The position numbers and the translations under genes are program-made. A DNA stretch of 64,000 bases, from NCBI GenBank assembly GCA_964016885.1, contig OZ024740.1, forward strand, positions 277,822,001 to 277,886,000, in the 5' to 3' direction. Within the stretch, counting starts at the first letter, position 1. Each line of letters opens with the position of its first letter. This DNA comes from Eledone cirrhosa (taxonomy: Eukaryota). The notes under the pieces are model-generated. The model saw only the letters and a list, made by a program, of their open reading frames with translations. It did not search any database and was not told the origin of the DNA. Positions 38,740 through 54,049 of this stretch are shown here, piece after piece.

Positions 38740-40395
38740 GTGCTCATAGATATACGCAGATACACAGGCACATAAAAACAGCTCTACAAGCAGAAAATGC
38801 AGATAGGTAAGAGGTACTCACATAACCATAGTGGCCGGATTTCAGGTTGAGGAGGGGTGGGGTGGGAAGGGGGTAGAGGGGCTAAAAGAGGGAAGTCGTT
38901 TTTAGCCATCGGGCTTTAACACTGACTTAAGGTATTTGAAAGTTGCAACGTTCTTGTGCATGCAGTTCGGGCAGTGCTCAGAGAGTTTGTTCAGTAGCGA
39001 GCCCTTGGCGAATAAAATTTCGTAGCTCTCTGAGATACAAAGGTTGCAGCCCTTCCGTCCTCCGTTATAAGAGCGCTTTCTGGAGTATTTTCCATTTAAG
39101 CGTGAAGGGGGTGGAGTTCTTTTTGAGGTCCCAAACATAGGAGGCGAGTGTTGTCTGGTTTGATTTGTCCGGTCTTCTGAAGGAGTGGGTATGGGCACAC
39201 CAACTGGTCTTAAAGTTATTGGAAGTCATGCCGATGTAAGTCTTTTTGTTATTGCACTCATCGGTGCCTGAGATGACATCGCATTTCTATACGATATCAT
39301 TTGTCAGGCATTTGTTTTCAAGTGGGCAGGCTTCCTTATTTAGGCAATTACACAAGGCCCCAGTCCGGGCATTGGGTTCGGAGGTGGTTGGCTTATTTAA
39401 TTTTTTAGAATCGTGGTTGGCTATATTCTTAGCTAGGTTAGGTGTGGTGGAGTAGGAGAGTCTTATTGTGTTCTTATTAAAGATGGTGCAGTACCTATGT
39501 TGTATGAGGAAGTGTGTTTTCAGCAAAGTGAAGAAAATCCTAGCTATTGGTTTAGAGACCTCTCTATTGAAGGGGGGGTTGTACCAGCTAATTTGCCTAT
39601 GCCTATTCCTCCTCTGCCATCTTGCGGTGGTTTTAGGTAGGTTATCTTTTCTTTAAATCCGCTGCGGACGAGGGCGTCATTGTAGTAGGGGGCAGAAGCG
39701 TTAAAAATATCTTCGTTGGCAGAGAGGCCAGAGATTCTAATAGAGACGCTTTTTACTAAGTTATCAGTGATGTTTTTGGGGTGGTTAGAATTAACATCAA
39801 TATATCTAAGGGACTCGTTAGGTTTGTGGTACGGGTAATAGAGGGAAGTATCTAGGTCGAGAGTGACATCTAAGAAGTTGGCCCTAGTCATATTAGATTC
39901 TATAGTTATACTAAATCCTAGATTAGAGAAGAACGAGCTTAAGTTTCTCCGAAACCCATCGGTGGTTCTGTGGTTAACCTGGTGCAGTGCGAAGAGGCTG
40001 TCGTCTCGGTATAAACCTCCGGTTAGGCCAGTAAAGAGGTTCTTCAGGGATGTAAAATGTACAAGCCCAAAAGGTCGCTAATTTCAGCCGAGGCACTGGC
40101 TCCCATACTGACGTCATATGGGGTCTGAGACTTCTTGTTGATCCAGTAAGATCCATCGTGGTATAGAAAGGTCTTACGGGCGTTGAGGATAACAACTTGC
40201 TCAGCATCGGTAATGATGGTAAAATTACTGGCAAAGGTAATTTCGTCCTTCAGGAGGGGCTCCGAGATAGAAGCATAGTAGTTTTCTATGTCGAGTTGCA
40301 CGAAGCTAGTGTGGCGGTTGTCGGGTAATTCTTGGAACCAGGATATTGCCTCAGATATTCTACTCCAGAGGGGGAGTGGTTAGGCAACCCGCAAT
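38740..40395 (-). pseudogene. Naiad-like PLE, 5'-truncated and frameshifted (same family as 46709-48854)
   Basis: LDIENYY, SMGASASAEISDL, NFLDVTLDL, CNCLNKEACPL (CxCx5C), YIGMT, CNLCISE..CMH. Confidence 0.9.
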
Positions 40396-40405
40396 GATGG
40401 TAGAA

Positions 40406-40440
<35 letters not shown>

Positions 40441-40554
40441 CATATATATACATATACATATATACATATACATACACACATATATACACATACCTACACA
40501 TACGCATACACACATACAAACACACATATATATATATATACATACACTCTTACA

Positions 40555-40663
<109 letters not shown>

Positions 40664-40744
40664 CAAAGGAAATGTGGTAAGGAACCAGATGGACCATAAC
40701 GCATCAGCGTTCTCCATACTTAGGGTAGTAGAGTGGGAAATATG

Positions 40745-42630
40745 AAAAAGTATGACCCGACGGCAGAACTCAAGCCGTTTCGATGGCTATTTCTGGACTA
40801 AATTAGAATTTTTAGCCTGGTGAATAAATAGCCGAACTTGTCAACTTATATGGGAAGATTGTAGTTGTCAAGAGGATTGGTTAAAATTTGTTGTAAACAC
40901 AAATAAGTCTATCTTGGCATTTGGTGGAAGGTAGGGGTGGCTGAACTTGCCTGTAGAACAATAGGGGCAACACCTATCGGGAAAATCTTCTTTAGACTCC
41001 TCGAAAAACACTTCCCACTACAACACCGCTACCACAACATAATCAACAAAAACTCCATCAAACTCTCCTACATCACCACACCTAACTTCGCACAAAACAT
41101 CGTCTCCTCAAACGACAAAAAACTCAACCCCTATGGAAGAAATATCCTAGGCATCAGTGGAGAGCCGACCAGGAGGTGTAACTGCCCTGATAGATCTACG
41201 TGCCCCCTTTACAACAAATTCCAAGAACGTAACGTGATCTATCAGTGCAACGTTCGGACGCACACCTCCAACAAAACTTATATAGGATTAACCGCGTGTG
41301 ACTTCAAGAGCCGGCTCTACCAACACCGACATACTTTCCGAAACTCAGATTGGAAAGGGACGTAACTATGCTGGAAAGCATAGCATCCGACCCTCTACCG
41401 ATACTGCCAATCCACCGCCCTAACAATTGTTTCTACTTTAGGCACAAGGCCAGCAATACCCAGTGCATTACTGGTACTTTATTTTATCTACCCCGTAAGG
41501 ATGGAAGGCAAAGTCAACCTCGGTGGGATTTGAACTCAGTTCGTAAAGGGACGTAACTATGCTGGAAAGCATGGCGTCCGACCCTCTACCGATACTGCCA
41601 ATCCACCGACCTCCAAGATAATAATATAACCTACAATCTCACTTGGAGCTTACTGTCAAGAACTAATTCTTGCACGGGAGGACGCCGTCCGTGTAACTCA
41701 TGCTCGCAGGAATTATTACAAATGCTGTTTTCGAAGGACCACCTCCCAAACAAGAAAGACGAACTGGTAACCGCATGCAAACACAGAATGCGTAGGACTT
41801 ACCTCGCCTTCAAACCCCATAACGACCCGGGTGGGTAGACAAGGGATGATACCCTCACACACACACACACACACACTTGCCGAATAGGTTAGAGGAAACC
41901 CCAGCTTACATAGGTAGATGTATCTCTTTTCATTTCTTTTCCTCATTGTCTGCTTTTTCCCCCTGTTTTATCCTATCACTTCCTTCCACCCCCTATTTTC
42001 TTCCTCGTCTGTTTTTCCCCTTTCGCCTACCCCGATGCAGCCCATCAGGCCTCTGTAGCATCAGTTCCCCCACACCTGTAATTTTAAGATATAATTTGCC
42101 GAATACGTTTTACTAACTACTTATAGCAGACGTGTTAAACCCCTTTTATTTTTGTATCAGTTTTGGTACTACTCAATTTCTACAAGTGTTTCTATTCTCA
42201 ACTTATTAACCTGTAATTGTAAGATAGCATTGTGATTTTTTTTTTATTCATTTCTAACTTTATTTTTAATTTCTTTCTATTAACTTTTATTGTCTCCTAC
42301 TCTCATTCGATTTACCTATTCTATAAGCTCCCTCTTCCACTTCATATACTATCCTTAGAATCTGCTGCATACATATCACTTTCAACGCTTGACCGCACCA
42401 CTCACTCCCTATTGTTCTACAGCCACCCTACCTCCCACCAAATTCCATGATAGACTTATTTGTGTTTACAACAAATTTTAACCAATCCTCTTGACAACTA
42501 CAATCTTCCCATATGAGGAAGTACCCCCTTGACAAGTTCAGCTATTTATTCACCAGGATAAAAATTCTAATTTAGTCGAGAAATAGCCGTCGAAACGGCT
42601 TGCGCTCTACCGTCGGGGTCATACATTTTC
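40745..42630 (+). mobile_element. 5'-truncated Naiad-like PLE with inverted pLTR (40745-40930 / 42430-42630); GIY-YIG interrupted by SINEs (about 41352-41610, minus)
   Basis: IGKIFF..HFP..LSY..CNCPDRSTCPL..IYQC..YIGLT..FKSRLYQH, resuming after the SINE with CNSCSQE..CKH. Confidence 0.85.
42525..42618 (+). ncRNA. Type I hammerhead, U3-A8 core, extended stem II
   Basis: CCCC-TTGACAA-G..GCTATTT...AAATAGC..C-GAA-ACGG-cttgcgctcta-CCGT-C-GGGG. The inverted copy at about 40755-40844 lacks the 5' arm of stem I. Confidence 0.75.
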
Positions 42631-42740
42631 CTATATATATATATATATATATATACATATTTACATACACACACATACATACAGTCACACACATACATAA
42701 AGTCACACACATATATATATACATATATACATACACATAT

Positions 42741-42816
<76 letters not shown>

Positions 42817-42942
42817 ATACATACATATACATACATATTCTTACACATATACACACACATATATACATATATAGATATATAGATATAGATATATATACAC
42901 ACACACATACATTTATATATATATACATATACATATACATAG

Positions 42943-43012
<70 letters not shown>

Positions 43013-43019
43013 AGAGCAA

Positions 43020-44290
43020 AAGATGGTTAAAGGAGTTCCATGTATTTTATTATGCGCATTTCAAAAACAAATATCATCATGCAATAATATTTGTGTTTTC
43101 ATCAGATAAAACAGGAGGACATGATATGAAGGCTAAAAAACACTTGTGGATAGTTCAGTTTTAAATCAACATATGAGAAGTAGTTTTAGATTGATGTGTG
43201 ATATTGGGAAACAAATTTTATTTAGAGGGGGGGTGAAAAAAAGAGGAGGAGATGAGAGTGAAGGTGGAGAGGGAGGAGTATAATGAGGAAGGATGAGATA
43301 GGAGGAGAGATGGGTGATAGAGAGAGAGGGGTAGTTTTTATAACTGAGAAAGATATATTGTTTTACATAGAGAGGTTGAAAACCGTTGGAAGATAATGTA
43401 TAAGTTAGAAGAATTTGAAAATTAACGAAGGGAAAAAATATTTGCGAAGAAGGAGAGGGAGTTAATATGTATTGAGAATAATGAGTTTGATGATAGAGAG
43501 AAGAGAATAATGAATTGCGGATGAATATTCTAACGTCAAAAAAAAATGTATATGTTTACGAAGGATTTTTATAAGGTGATTTAGAGTAAGAATGAGTTGT
43601 ATTATGTAATAATTGATTCTATGTTAGGCAAGAGTGAGAAAAGGTACAGATTAGGGGTTAGATATTAGAAGAGAGGAAAAGGAAGTGATAAATATGGGTG
43701 GTGTAGAAAGAGTCAACAAGTATTATGGAAATTTGAAAATTAACGAAGAGAGAAAAAAAATGTAAAGTTAAGGTTTGTATATTGAAGGATTTGAGAAAAA
43801 TAATGTGAAGTTAAGGTTTGTATATTGAAGGAATTGATAATATGTGCGAAGAAAAAGAAAATGTTAATATGTATTGAGAATGAGTTAGATGATAGGGAGA
43901 AAAAAATAATGAATTAAGGATGAATAATCTAGCGTCAAAACAAATGTATATGTTTACGAAGGATTTTACAAGGTGATATAGAGTAAGGGTAATGAGTAAA
44001 CAAGTATTATAGAATGTATAATACCCTTTGAAATAAGGTAGGAAGATGGGTATATTTTTAAAAGAGGTGTATTTATATGTGCCTTTGAGAAAAAGATTCT
44101 AAATTGATAAAGAATTGAATATTAGCTGTATACTTTGTGAAATGTTTTATGGAATTTATGCAAGCAGATAGAAAACAAGTCAGTGCGTCTATTTATTATA
44201 GAATCTAGATTAGAGATAATGGTAAATTTTTCATTTAGGCAGAGATTGCAGATTTTAGATAGAGAACTGTTCAAGTATGATATATGCATA
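43020..44290 (-). mobile_element. Decayed PLE 3' end: GIY-YIG tail (about 44130-44290), 3' UTR with internal duplication, degenerate hammerhead at about 43050-43109
   Basis: Minus strand CNLCLNE..IINRRTDLFSICLHK; TTAT-CTGATGA-AAACACAAATATT...GATATTTGTTTTT-GAAATGCGC-ATAA (NUH lost). Confidence 0.6.
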
Positions 44291-44354
44291 TACTTGTATG
44301 TAGCTGTATGTTAACGGAACCCTGCCCAACTGTGAGTGATAACATTTCTTATTT

Positions 44355-44522
44355 TTCATTTTTATTTTTATTTTTATTTTTATTTTTATTTTTATTTTTA
44401 TTTTTATTTTTATTTTTATTTTTATTTTTATTTTTATTTTTATTTTTATTTTTATTTTTATTTTTATTTTTATTTTTATTTTTATTTTTATTTTTATTCT
44501 TATTTTTATGTTTATTTTTATT
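44355..44522 (+). repeat. (TTTTTA)n hexanucleotide microsatellite
   Basis: Direct inspection. Confidence 0.95.
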
Positions 44523-44646
44523 TTACTCTTTTCTTATTTTACACCTTTTACTTTACTCTTTAAACTCCTCCCAACTTATGGTATCCCCACATATATTCTT
44601 CTGCCTTGGCTTTGTCAATGCTTGTATACTATGTATTTACTATTTA

Positions 44647-44692
44647 TGCTCTGAAGAGTCCCACTTCTACTGTGGACGAAACACTGTTAGCA
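44647..44692 (+). ncRNA. Compact type I hammerhead
   Basis: TGCT-CTGAAGA-GTCC..GGAC-GAA-AC-act-GT-T-AGCA. Confidence 0.75.
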
Positions 44693-44822
44693 ATTAAAGA
44701 TATACCTATGTTCTAAGCGCTCTTTGTTGTTAATTGTATTACGGCTCTGTCCCCTGACATTGAGCTAACCATATACTGCCTATTTAATAAGTGGAGTGTT
44801 ACACACTCCCAATTCTCTGCCT

Positions 44823-44869
<47 letters not shown>

Positions 44870-44874
<5 letters not shown>

Positions 44875-45280
44875 TATTAAAGTTTGCTTGAAGCATTGTG
44901 GAATAATAAGTAAATATCTTTAAGTCGTTTGGAAGCCTCTACAATACAAATGGGTAAATCTCCGAGTAACAGGATCCGGTGGTGGAGAGAGAGATGTAAG
45001 TGGGTGTACGTTGAGATGCGTGGCGTGTATAAGACTGTAACGTGTAGAGGAATGAAGCAAAGAGTATAAAGGATAGAATAAAAATAACAACACGAGAGAG
45101 AGTTACCTTGGGAGAGATTTAATAGTCCCTTTATATTTCGGATTCACATCCATCAACTGGGGGTTTTCCGGGGTGGGGGAAAGGTTGCTGTCGGACAGGT
45201 GCGAAACGCGTCCTCCGCTGTTTGTTGTTTTGAATATCTCTTTTTTAACGCGTCCTCCGCTGTTTGTTGTTTTGAATATC
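44870..45280 (-). mobile_element. pLTR of a sister family of the 36.8-38.5 kb PLE, ending in a 34-bp tandem duplication
   Basis: AAGTTTGCTTGAAGCATTGT (44880) is the reverse complement of 38453-38472; AACGCGTCCTCCGCTGTTTGTTGTTTTGAATATC occurs twice. Confidence 0.6.
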
Positions 45281-45384
45281 ATACATACATATATATATAC
45301 ATATATATATATGCATATATATATATACATATACATATATATATACATATATATATATACATATACATACATATATATATATAC

Positions 45385-45483
<99 letters not shown>

Positions 45484-45602
45484 CATCTACATATATACAT
45501 ATATATATACACATACACACATATATACATATACATATATATATATACAGACACACACACACACATACATGCACATGCACATACATATGCATAGACATAA
45601 AT

Positions 45603-45682
<80 letters not shown>

Positions 45683-45704
45683 ACATTCATACATATACAC
45701 ACAT

Positions 45705-45751
<47 letters not shown>

Positions 45752-45928
45752 ATACATTAACAGAGAAAACTTTAAGCAATACTCCGACCGGCTTCCGTCT
45801 CATTCAACAAACATTAGGATATACCTTAGTATAATCCCAATTATATGTTTGGGGTGCTAACTAGACGTATTTTGCGGATAGCCAGTTGTATTATTTTATA
45901 TGAGACATAATTAAAATACATCTCTCTT

Positions 45929-46050
45929 TCCAAACGATCGTTTCATTATAAGTTTTCTACAAATTGGGAAAATAATGTCCTGGTTATGTAGAAGCCTACA
46001 CATAGTCCGTAGGAATATATGTAGGTGGACACTTATAAATCATCAGTGGA
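45929..46050 (-). ncRNA. Type I hammerhead with about 95-nt stem II, downstream of the Naiad-like ORF
   Basis: TCCA-CTGATGA-t-TTATAAGT...ACTTATAA-t-GAA-ACGATCGT-T-TGGA. Confidence 0.75.
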
Positions 46051-46708
46051 TGCCCGATAAATATCAATATAAAAAAACCTTACCGATATTAATGTCCAGC
46101 GATGGTATCCACCGTGCTAGAATGACCGCCAAATTTGAAATTCCAGCAGTGTCACAATGAGAAATCTCACACTGCCATCAAGCGGAAAGGGGATGTCATC
46201 ACAAAACATAAAATAATAAAATAATATGCACGCGGGTCAATTAATTCTTTCAATAATCTTAACCATGCGTGAAGAACTCAATCGGATATAAAAGAATAAA
46301 TATATGCATGTATTATTTATACACGCATATAGGTATTTTCTAAGACTAAAAACAGAGATAAGATACCGGAAGAACAATCAATATTTCATACAAAGGATAA
46401 ATACGGAAAGTCATACCTAAAAAGTATCTGGAAATATTCATCCCTGGCGAAATCAAGAGTATAATATTTAATACATTAACAGAGAAATATACATATAAAC
46501 ACATATAAAAATATACAATGGGGAAAAAATTAAGGAGACAATCAAGATATGAAAAACCATCAGATAACATAAATTAAAATTCAGTAACATAAATACAAGT
46601 AGTGAAAAGGTAAAGTATAAGTTATAAGTTTGAAAGGTAACAAAACGAAGGTAGGGTTGAGGATGGAGTGTGTTTAGCGTTTAATGTCGATTCCGTTGTC
46701 TTATGGGA

Positions 46709-48854
46709 TCATCGTTCAGGGGGAAGAACTGGACTATATGACTTGTAAGTTGCATAGTTTTTGTGCATGCAATTCGGGCAGTGTTCTGAGAGTCTATTGA
46801 GTAAGGGTCCTTTGGCGAATAGTATTTCGTAACTCTCGGAAATACAAAGGTCACAACTATTATGGCCTCCTGTGTAAGACCGCGCTCCCTGGAGTAGTTT
46901 CCATTTGAGCGTAAAGGGGATAGAGTTCCTGTTTAGGTCCCAGACATGGGCGGCGAGTGTTGTTTGGTTGGACTTGTCCGGGCGTCGAAAAGAATGGGTG
47001 TGTGCGTACCAACGGGTCTTAAAGTTGTTGGAGGTCATCCCGATATACGTCTTTCTCTCTTCATAAGGGCCTGAGATGACATCACATTTGTATACAATAT
47101 GCTTTGTAAGGCATCTATTGCTGAAGGGGCATGCAGCCTTATAGTGGCAGTTGCACAGGACCTCAGTACCGGGTTAGGTTTCGGAGGTAGTAGACTTATT
47201 TAACTTAGTAATATTAATATTGGCTAAGTTCCTAGCTAGATTTTGTGTAGTGGAGTAAGAGAGTCTGATTGTGTTCTTATTAAAGGTGGTGTAGTACCTA
47301 TGTTGGGTGGAGAAGTGTTTGTGCAATAGAGTAAAGAAATTTTTTGCTATAGGTGTAGATACCTCGCGGTTGAAAGGGGGGGAGTTGTACCAGCTAATTT
47401 GCCTCTTCCTATTCCTCCTGGGCGGGCGTGGGGCTATTCTGAGATAAGATATCTTATCTTTAAAACCGCTACGGGCTAGGGCTTCGTTGTAATAGGGGGC
47501 CGCGGCCCTAAATATATCCTCATTGGCGGAGAGGCCAGAGATCCTAAGGCAGACACTTTTAACTAAATTAGCTGTAATGTTCTTGGGGTGATTCGAGTTA
47601 ACGTCTATATATCTAAGGGGTTCGTTAGGTTTGTGGTACGGATAATAAAGGGAGGTTTCTAAATCGAGAGTTACATCTAAGAAGTTGGCTTTAGTTAAAC
47701 TCGAATCTATAGGTATTCTGAGGCCTAGGTTATTGAAGAAAGCGTTAAGGTTTTTCTGAAACCCATCGGTAGTCCTGGGGTTAATTTTATGCAGGGCAAC
47801 GAGGCCGACATCTCGGTATAATCCGCCTGTAAAGCCTGTAAAGAGGGTTTTCATCCGGTTAAGGATAGACAGGCCCACCAGATCACTAATCTCAGCAGAG
47901 TCACTAGCACCCATGCTGACATCGCCGGGTGTCTCCGATTTTCTGTTGATCCAGTAGGACCCATTATGGTACAAAAAGGTCTTACGTGCATGGAGGATCA
48001 CATCCTGCTCGGCGTCGGTTATGGTGGTTAGGTTTCTTGCGAAAGTAATTGCATCCTTCAGTAGGGACTCAGAAATGGAGGCGTAGTAATCCTCAATGTC
48101 AAGTTGCAGGAAACGGGTGTTGTGTTTGTCAGGCAGTTCTTGGATCCATGAGATTGCTTCGGATGTTCTACTCCAGAGTGGGAGAGGTGAGGCTGCACGC
48201 AGTGTCGGTAGTATCCTGTTCAGGATCTTCTTGCTAACAGATCCTATGTCGGATTTTGTGGGGTTTATTAGCCGGACCGATGGTTTATTGGTGAAATTTC
48301 CCTTGTGGTCCTTAAGGGTAAAATGCGGGGCCTTTACCCTCAAAGGTTCAGTCCTATCTTCCAGTTTAAGGGAAATGGCGATGTTTTTTCCGGCTAAGTT
48401 GGTGCCAGTCAGTAGTTTTTCATCCACTTTTTTTGTAATTTGCTGTAATCGCATTGTTAACCAGCTTCCTTAGGTATCCTGGTTAACCTCATAGACGTTT
48501 TTTGTTTTGTCGGAAGGGACGTGGAGATTCGGGGAACTCTTCACTTTCTGTACTTTGTCCCTTAAGTCAGTCTGGAATGGAATGTTGACTGCGGAATTTA
48601 ATATTTTTGATCATTTTGAAGAGATCTTCCTCAAAAGGTTCAAATAAACTGTTGGTGGGTGGTGTCTTATTTGATTTAAAGCCGAACTTCTCATTGTTGG
48701 TTGATGCTACATCAGGGTGGTCGAAGAAAAAGGATCTCCATCTAATGCGTTTGATGAACTCATCGGTCCTTCTAATAAGAGATTTTAAGTACAATTTCCT
48801 TGGTGGGATCGGTATGATTTTCATGGAGGTATCGAGGTCAAGTTTGGTCAGCAT
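46709..48854 (-). pseudogene. Near full-length Naiad-like PLE ORF (N-terminus, RT, CxCx5C linker, GIY-YIG); frameshifted, catalytic YRDD changed to YRDV
   Basis: IKRIRWR..FGFKS, TLKDHK..PSVRLINPTKS, LDIEDYY, SMGASDSAEISDLVG, GLYRDVGL, NFLDVTLDL, CNCHYKAACP, YIGMT..FKTRW..H, CDLCISE..CMH. An inverted copy of the 3' UTR lies at 49076-49240 (versus 46488-46653). Confidence 0.95.
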
Positions 48855-48987
48855 CGTTTCTTGGTGATGGTTATTAGGGGCAGGTTGGTGTGCTAGATAT
48901 ATGTAGATCCCGGGTTAAATCGGGGATAACCACAGTAAGTAGGGTACTCAATACATAGCATAGTAAAAGTAATTTAATATAGAAATC

Positions 48988-49036
48988 GCTTCTACAGGAC
49001 TAGAACTGTTTCATTCAGAGGAAATCATCAGAAAGC
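48988..49036 (-). ncRNA. Intact type I hammerhead (family A) about 130 nt upstream of the PLE start codon
   Basis: GCTTT-CTGATGA-tTTCctctGAAt-GAA-ACAG-ttctagtc-CTGT-A-GAAGC. Confidence 0.85.
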
Positions 49037-49235
49037 CGACTGTCAATGTAAATTTCTGGTATTTATACATATTTATACCTTTGTTTTGTTACCTTTCAAA
49101 CTTATAACTTATACTTTAACTTTTCTCTACTTGTATTTATGTTACTTAATTTTAATTTATGTTATCTGATGGCTTTTCATATCTTGATTGGTTCCTTAAT
49201 TTTTTCCCCTTTGTGTATTTTTATGTGTTTATATG

Positions 49236-49295
<60 letters not shown>

Positions 49296-49382
49296 AAAGT
49301 TCTATGTAAATTGTTGGGATACAACAAGCAAATATTTTTATAACTGATATAAAGCACTCAACAAATAATTGGAGTAAAAATA

Positions 49383-50229
<847 letters not shown>

Positions 50230-50924
50230 TGTGTGTGCGTGTGTGTGCGTGTGTGTGCGTACGTATGTATATGTATGTTTATATATATGTATATGTATAT
50301 ATATATATAATGTATAATAAACAATACAATATAATTACCTCATTACCAGAGGTTTACCAAATAAGACGAATACAAGAAACGTCTGCATTCGTTCGTCAGA
50401 CAAGGCAATTTAAAACATAGTTAAATATTTGAAAAATCTCCTCAAGAAAGGCAAAAGTTTAACGGGCAAAAAATATATATTATAAATAAAGTGATATATA
50501 AAAATAAAATAAAGAATTATAGTAAGGGAATGTGTATAAATGTGTGTATATGGATCTACAAATGCACATATGTGTGTATGTACAACTGCATCTGTATAGT
50601 GAAAAAATGTGTGCGTAAGTACATGCATGAGGACAAGCATATCAGTGTATGTGTGACCACAAATACGTATATAATATATGTTGAAAAAAGAAATTGTAAG
50701 ATAATATAGTTAGTGTACACACATACTCAGGGACTAAGAAATGAAATATATACACATATAAGGATGAAAGGACGCACGCGTATAAACATACACACACGCG
50801 CAACCACATACATGTATGTGATATATATAGGGAAGGGAGTGTATCAGTCAAAGCAGTGTCAGACTAAAGGTCGATGCAGGTATTAAAATTTAAAATATAT
50901 ATATATATCCACACACATATATAT

Positions 50925-51029
<105 letters not shown>

Positions 51030-51589
51030 TATATACATACACATACACATACACACACATATGTATATATATATATAAGTATGTAAAAAAATACAGACGT
51101 AAAAGCACACGTACACACACACATATACATATACGGGCACACACACGAATGTATTCGCACACATATACAAAAACGTATACACATATATGCACACGCATAC
51201 ATTCATATAAAAAAGCCAGCCGTATGAATAAATGGGTACAAGATATACGCAAGTAAACATACATAAAAGCGGCTGAGGAACAACATAATACATCTGGAGT
51301 TAAAAACACAAGTGACATGTTATATCAGGTAGTGAAAGAAAAGGAGGAAGTAAAATATGTAAAATTGTGAAGATATAAAGTAAGTGAATCAAAAAGCAGC
51401 CGGGTGGGGGGGGGCTCCCTAGTGGATGTGAAGTAAAAATAAAAATAAAAATAAAAATAAAAATAAAAATAAAAATAAAAATAAATCAGAAAGAGAAGTC
51501 TGTAAAGAAGGTAAGTTAAGGAAAGTGAAAAACAAAAGTTTATGGAGGATAAGTATCTGAAAGTGAGTTAAGTTTATATGAGCGGGAAA

Positions 51590-53100
51590 GCAAGTGTGAT
51601 TTCATGTGTGGGCAACTGGTGAATATTTCTGTTTTTGCGTTTAGGCAGGTTTTTTGTGATTTAAAGTTCTGTAAAATCTAATATTTTTCACTTATGCAGA
51701 GTGCGCATCTTCTTGTTCCTCTTGCATAATATTTAGATTGGTTCAAAATTGACCAATCTAATTTATATTGGATACCTTGGTATTTCAAATCCCATATTCT
51801 GCTAGCCAGAACTGTTGTAAATCTTTTTTCAAGATGTCGGAAAGATGCGACATGTGAGTAATAACGCGTTTTGAATTTGTCTTGTGTCATACCCACATAT
51901 CGTTCGCTGGTGGCTGGTAGGTTGTTGCTGGTAGTTTTCACTTTAGCCTCATATACAATGGCTTTGGTGTTGCATTTACTTTGTAATGGGCACTCACGTT
52001 TGACTCTACAGGAGCAATTTTGATGTTCTCTGGGTATCTTCTTATTGAGGATATAAGATTTAATAGAGGGACCGCAGGAGTAGCTGATTTTGACACAGTT
52101 TCTATTGAAGATTTTATAGTATCTATGTGTTCTAGGGAAATGTTTATCTAAGAACTCTAGGAATGTTTTGCCTACATTAGTTTTAACTGCTAACGAGTAG
52201 GAGGGTGTGAACCAGATTATTTTTCTTTTCCTATTTTTATTTAAAGGAGCTAGTATTGTTGGGTATGTACTTAATCGGTTCGCTAATCCGTTATTTCGAA
52301 GGGCTTTATTGTAGTAGAGGATGCCTTATTGAAAATAGCTTCTGAGGAAGAGAGGGTGGAGATCCTACTGCTAATATTAGGGATAATATTTTTAAAAACT
52401 ATAGGAGGATGGCAAGAGCCTTTATTTATATATTTTTAATTTTCATTTGGTTTATGATACGGTTTATAAGAAGCAGTAGGCAGATCTAGATTTATATCTA
52501 GAAAATTAACAGTAGAAAGTTTAGTGCCAATGATAATTTTAAGATTAAAACTAGCGAAGATTTTATTAAGTCTTTCCTGAATCTATCTAAGTTATGGCCT
52601 ATAGTGGTATGGCAAAGTATTAGACCATCGTCACGATAAAGCCCAAAGGTATGGTTAGGGAATTTCTCTTTAAGTGTGTGTAGGAGGAATAGGCCGACTA
52701 AATCACACGCGTCAGCACTGTCAGAAGAACCCATTGAGACGTCGAATGGGTTCTCTGGCTTAGATTTTTTTATCCAAGTGTTATTATTAGTAAAAAGTAA
52801 GGTGTTTCTAGCAGGCACAATGACATTCTCTTCAATATCAGAAATATTGATGAACTTTTTAGCGAAATTTAATGCTTTCGTTAAAAGAGGGTGAGTAATA
52901 GAGGTAAAAGTCTACAATGTCAAATTGGGTGAATCTAGAACTATTTTTATCTTTATTATTTTTAAACCAATATACTACAGAAGAGCTATTTATCCATTGG
53001 AGTAATTCAGACTTACTTCTAATAAGTTTGATTATATTATTTAATATTTTGTTGCTAGTAAGGCCGATTTTAGTCTTAGCAGGGTTGTCTAATCTAGAAA

Positions 53101-53103
<3 letters not shown>
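51590..53103 (-). pseudogene. Naiad-like PLE of a second family, 5'-truncated at (TA)n
   Basis: [73 protein letters not shown]. Confidence 0.9.
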
Positions 53104-53193
<90 letters not shown>

Positions 53194-53207
53194 AATGTAT
53201 GAATATA

Positions 53208-53298
<91 letters not shown>

Positions 53299-53323
53299 GT
53301 ATATGTATGTATGTATGTGTACA

Positions 53324-53367
<44 letters not shown>

Positions 53368-53575
53368 AATGTATGAATATATGAATATATATATATATAT
53401 ATGTGTGTGTGTATGTGTATGTATGTGTGTATATATATTTATGTGTGTCTCTGTGTGTGTATGTATATATATATATGTGCATGTGTGTGTATATATATAT
53501 GTGTATGTATATATGTATATATATATGTATATATATATGTATATGTATATTATGTATATGTATATGTATATATCT

Positions 53576-53720
53576 CTAAGGCGGGTTAAATTCCCTAGAT
53601 CCATGGACGAGTTCTCTCCAGCGGTCTCTGTCCCTCATTATCGCTGCCATGTCCTGCGTCTCCAACAGACCAGTGTCTGTCCTTAGGGCATCAACGTACG
53701 TTAACCTTGGTCTTCCTCTT
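53576..53720 (-). pseudogene. RTE/RTEX-type LINE extreme 3' fragment
   Basis: [30 protein letters not shown]. Confidence 0.65.
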
Positions 53721-53817
53721 CTCTCTCTCTCTCTATATATATATATATGTATATATATATACATATATATATATGTATATATGTGTGTGTATATGTGTAA
53801 GAATATGTATGTATATG

Positions 53818-53906
<89 letters not shown>

Positions 53907-53993
53907 GTTTATATGTATATATGTATATATGTATATATGTGTATGTATGTATATATGTATATATGTGTATATATATATATATGTGTCTGTATG

Positions 53994-54049
<56 letters not shown>

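Noticed and set aside
46709-47175. Selenoprotein recoding as reported for some Naiad PLEs
   Set aside because: Conserved Cys positions in the CxCx5C and C-terminal motifs that I read are TGC/TGT in this and the 41 and 52 kb copies; no TGA at those sites.
50360-50405. CTGACGA followed by a hairpin on the minus strand
   Set aside because: No GAAA after the stem and no stem I/III, so it is not a hammerhead.
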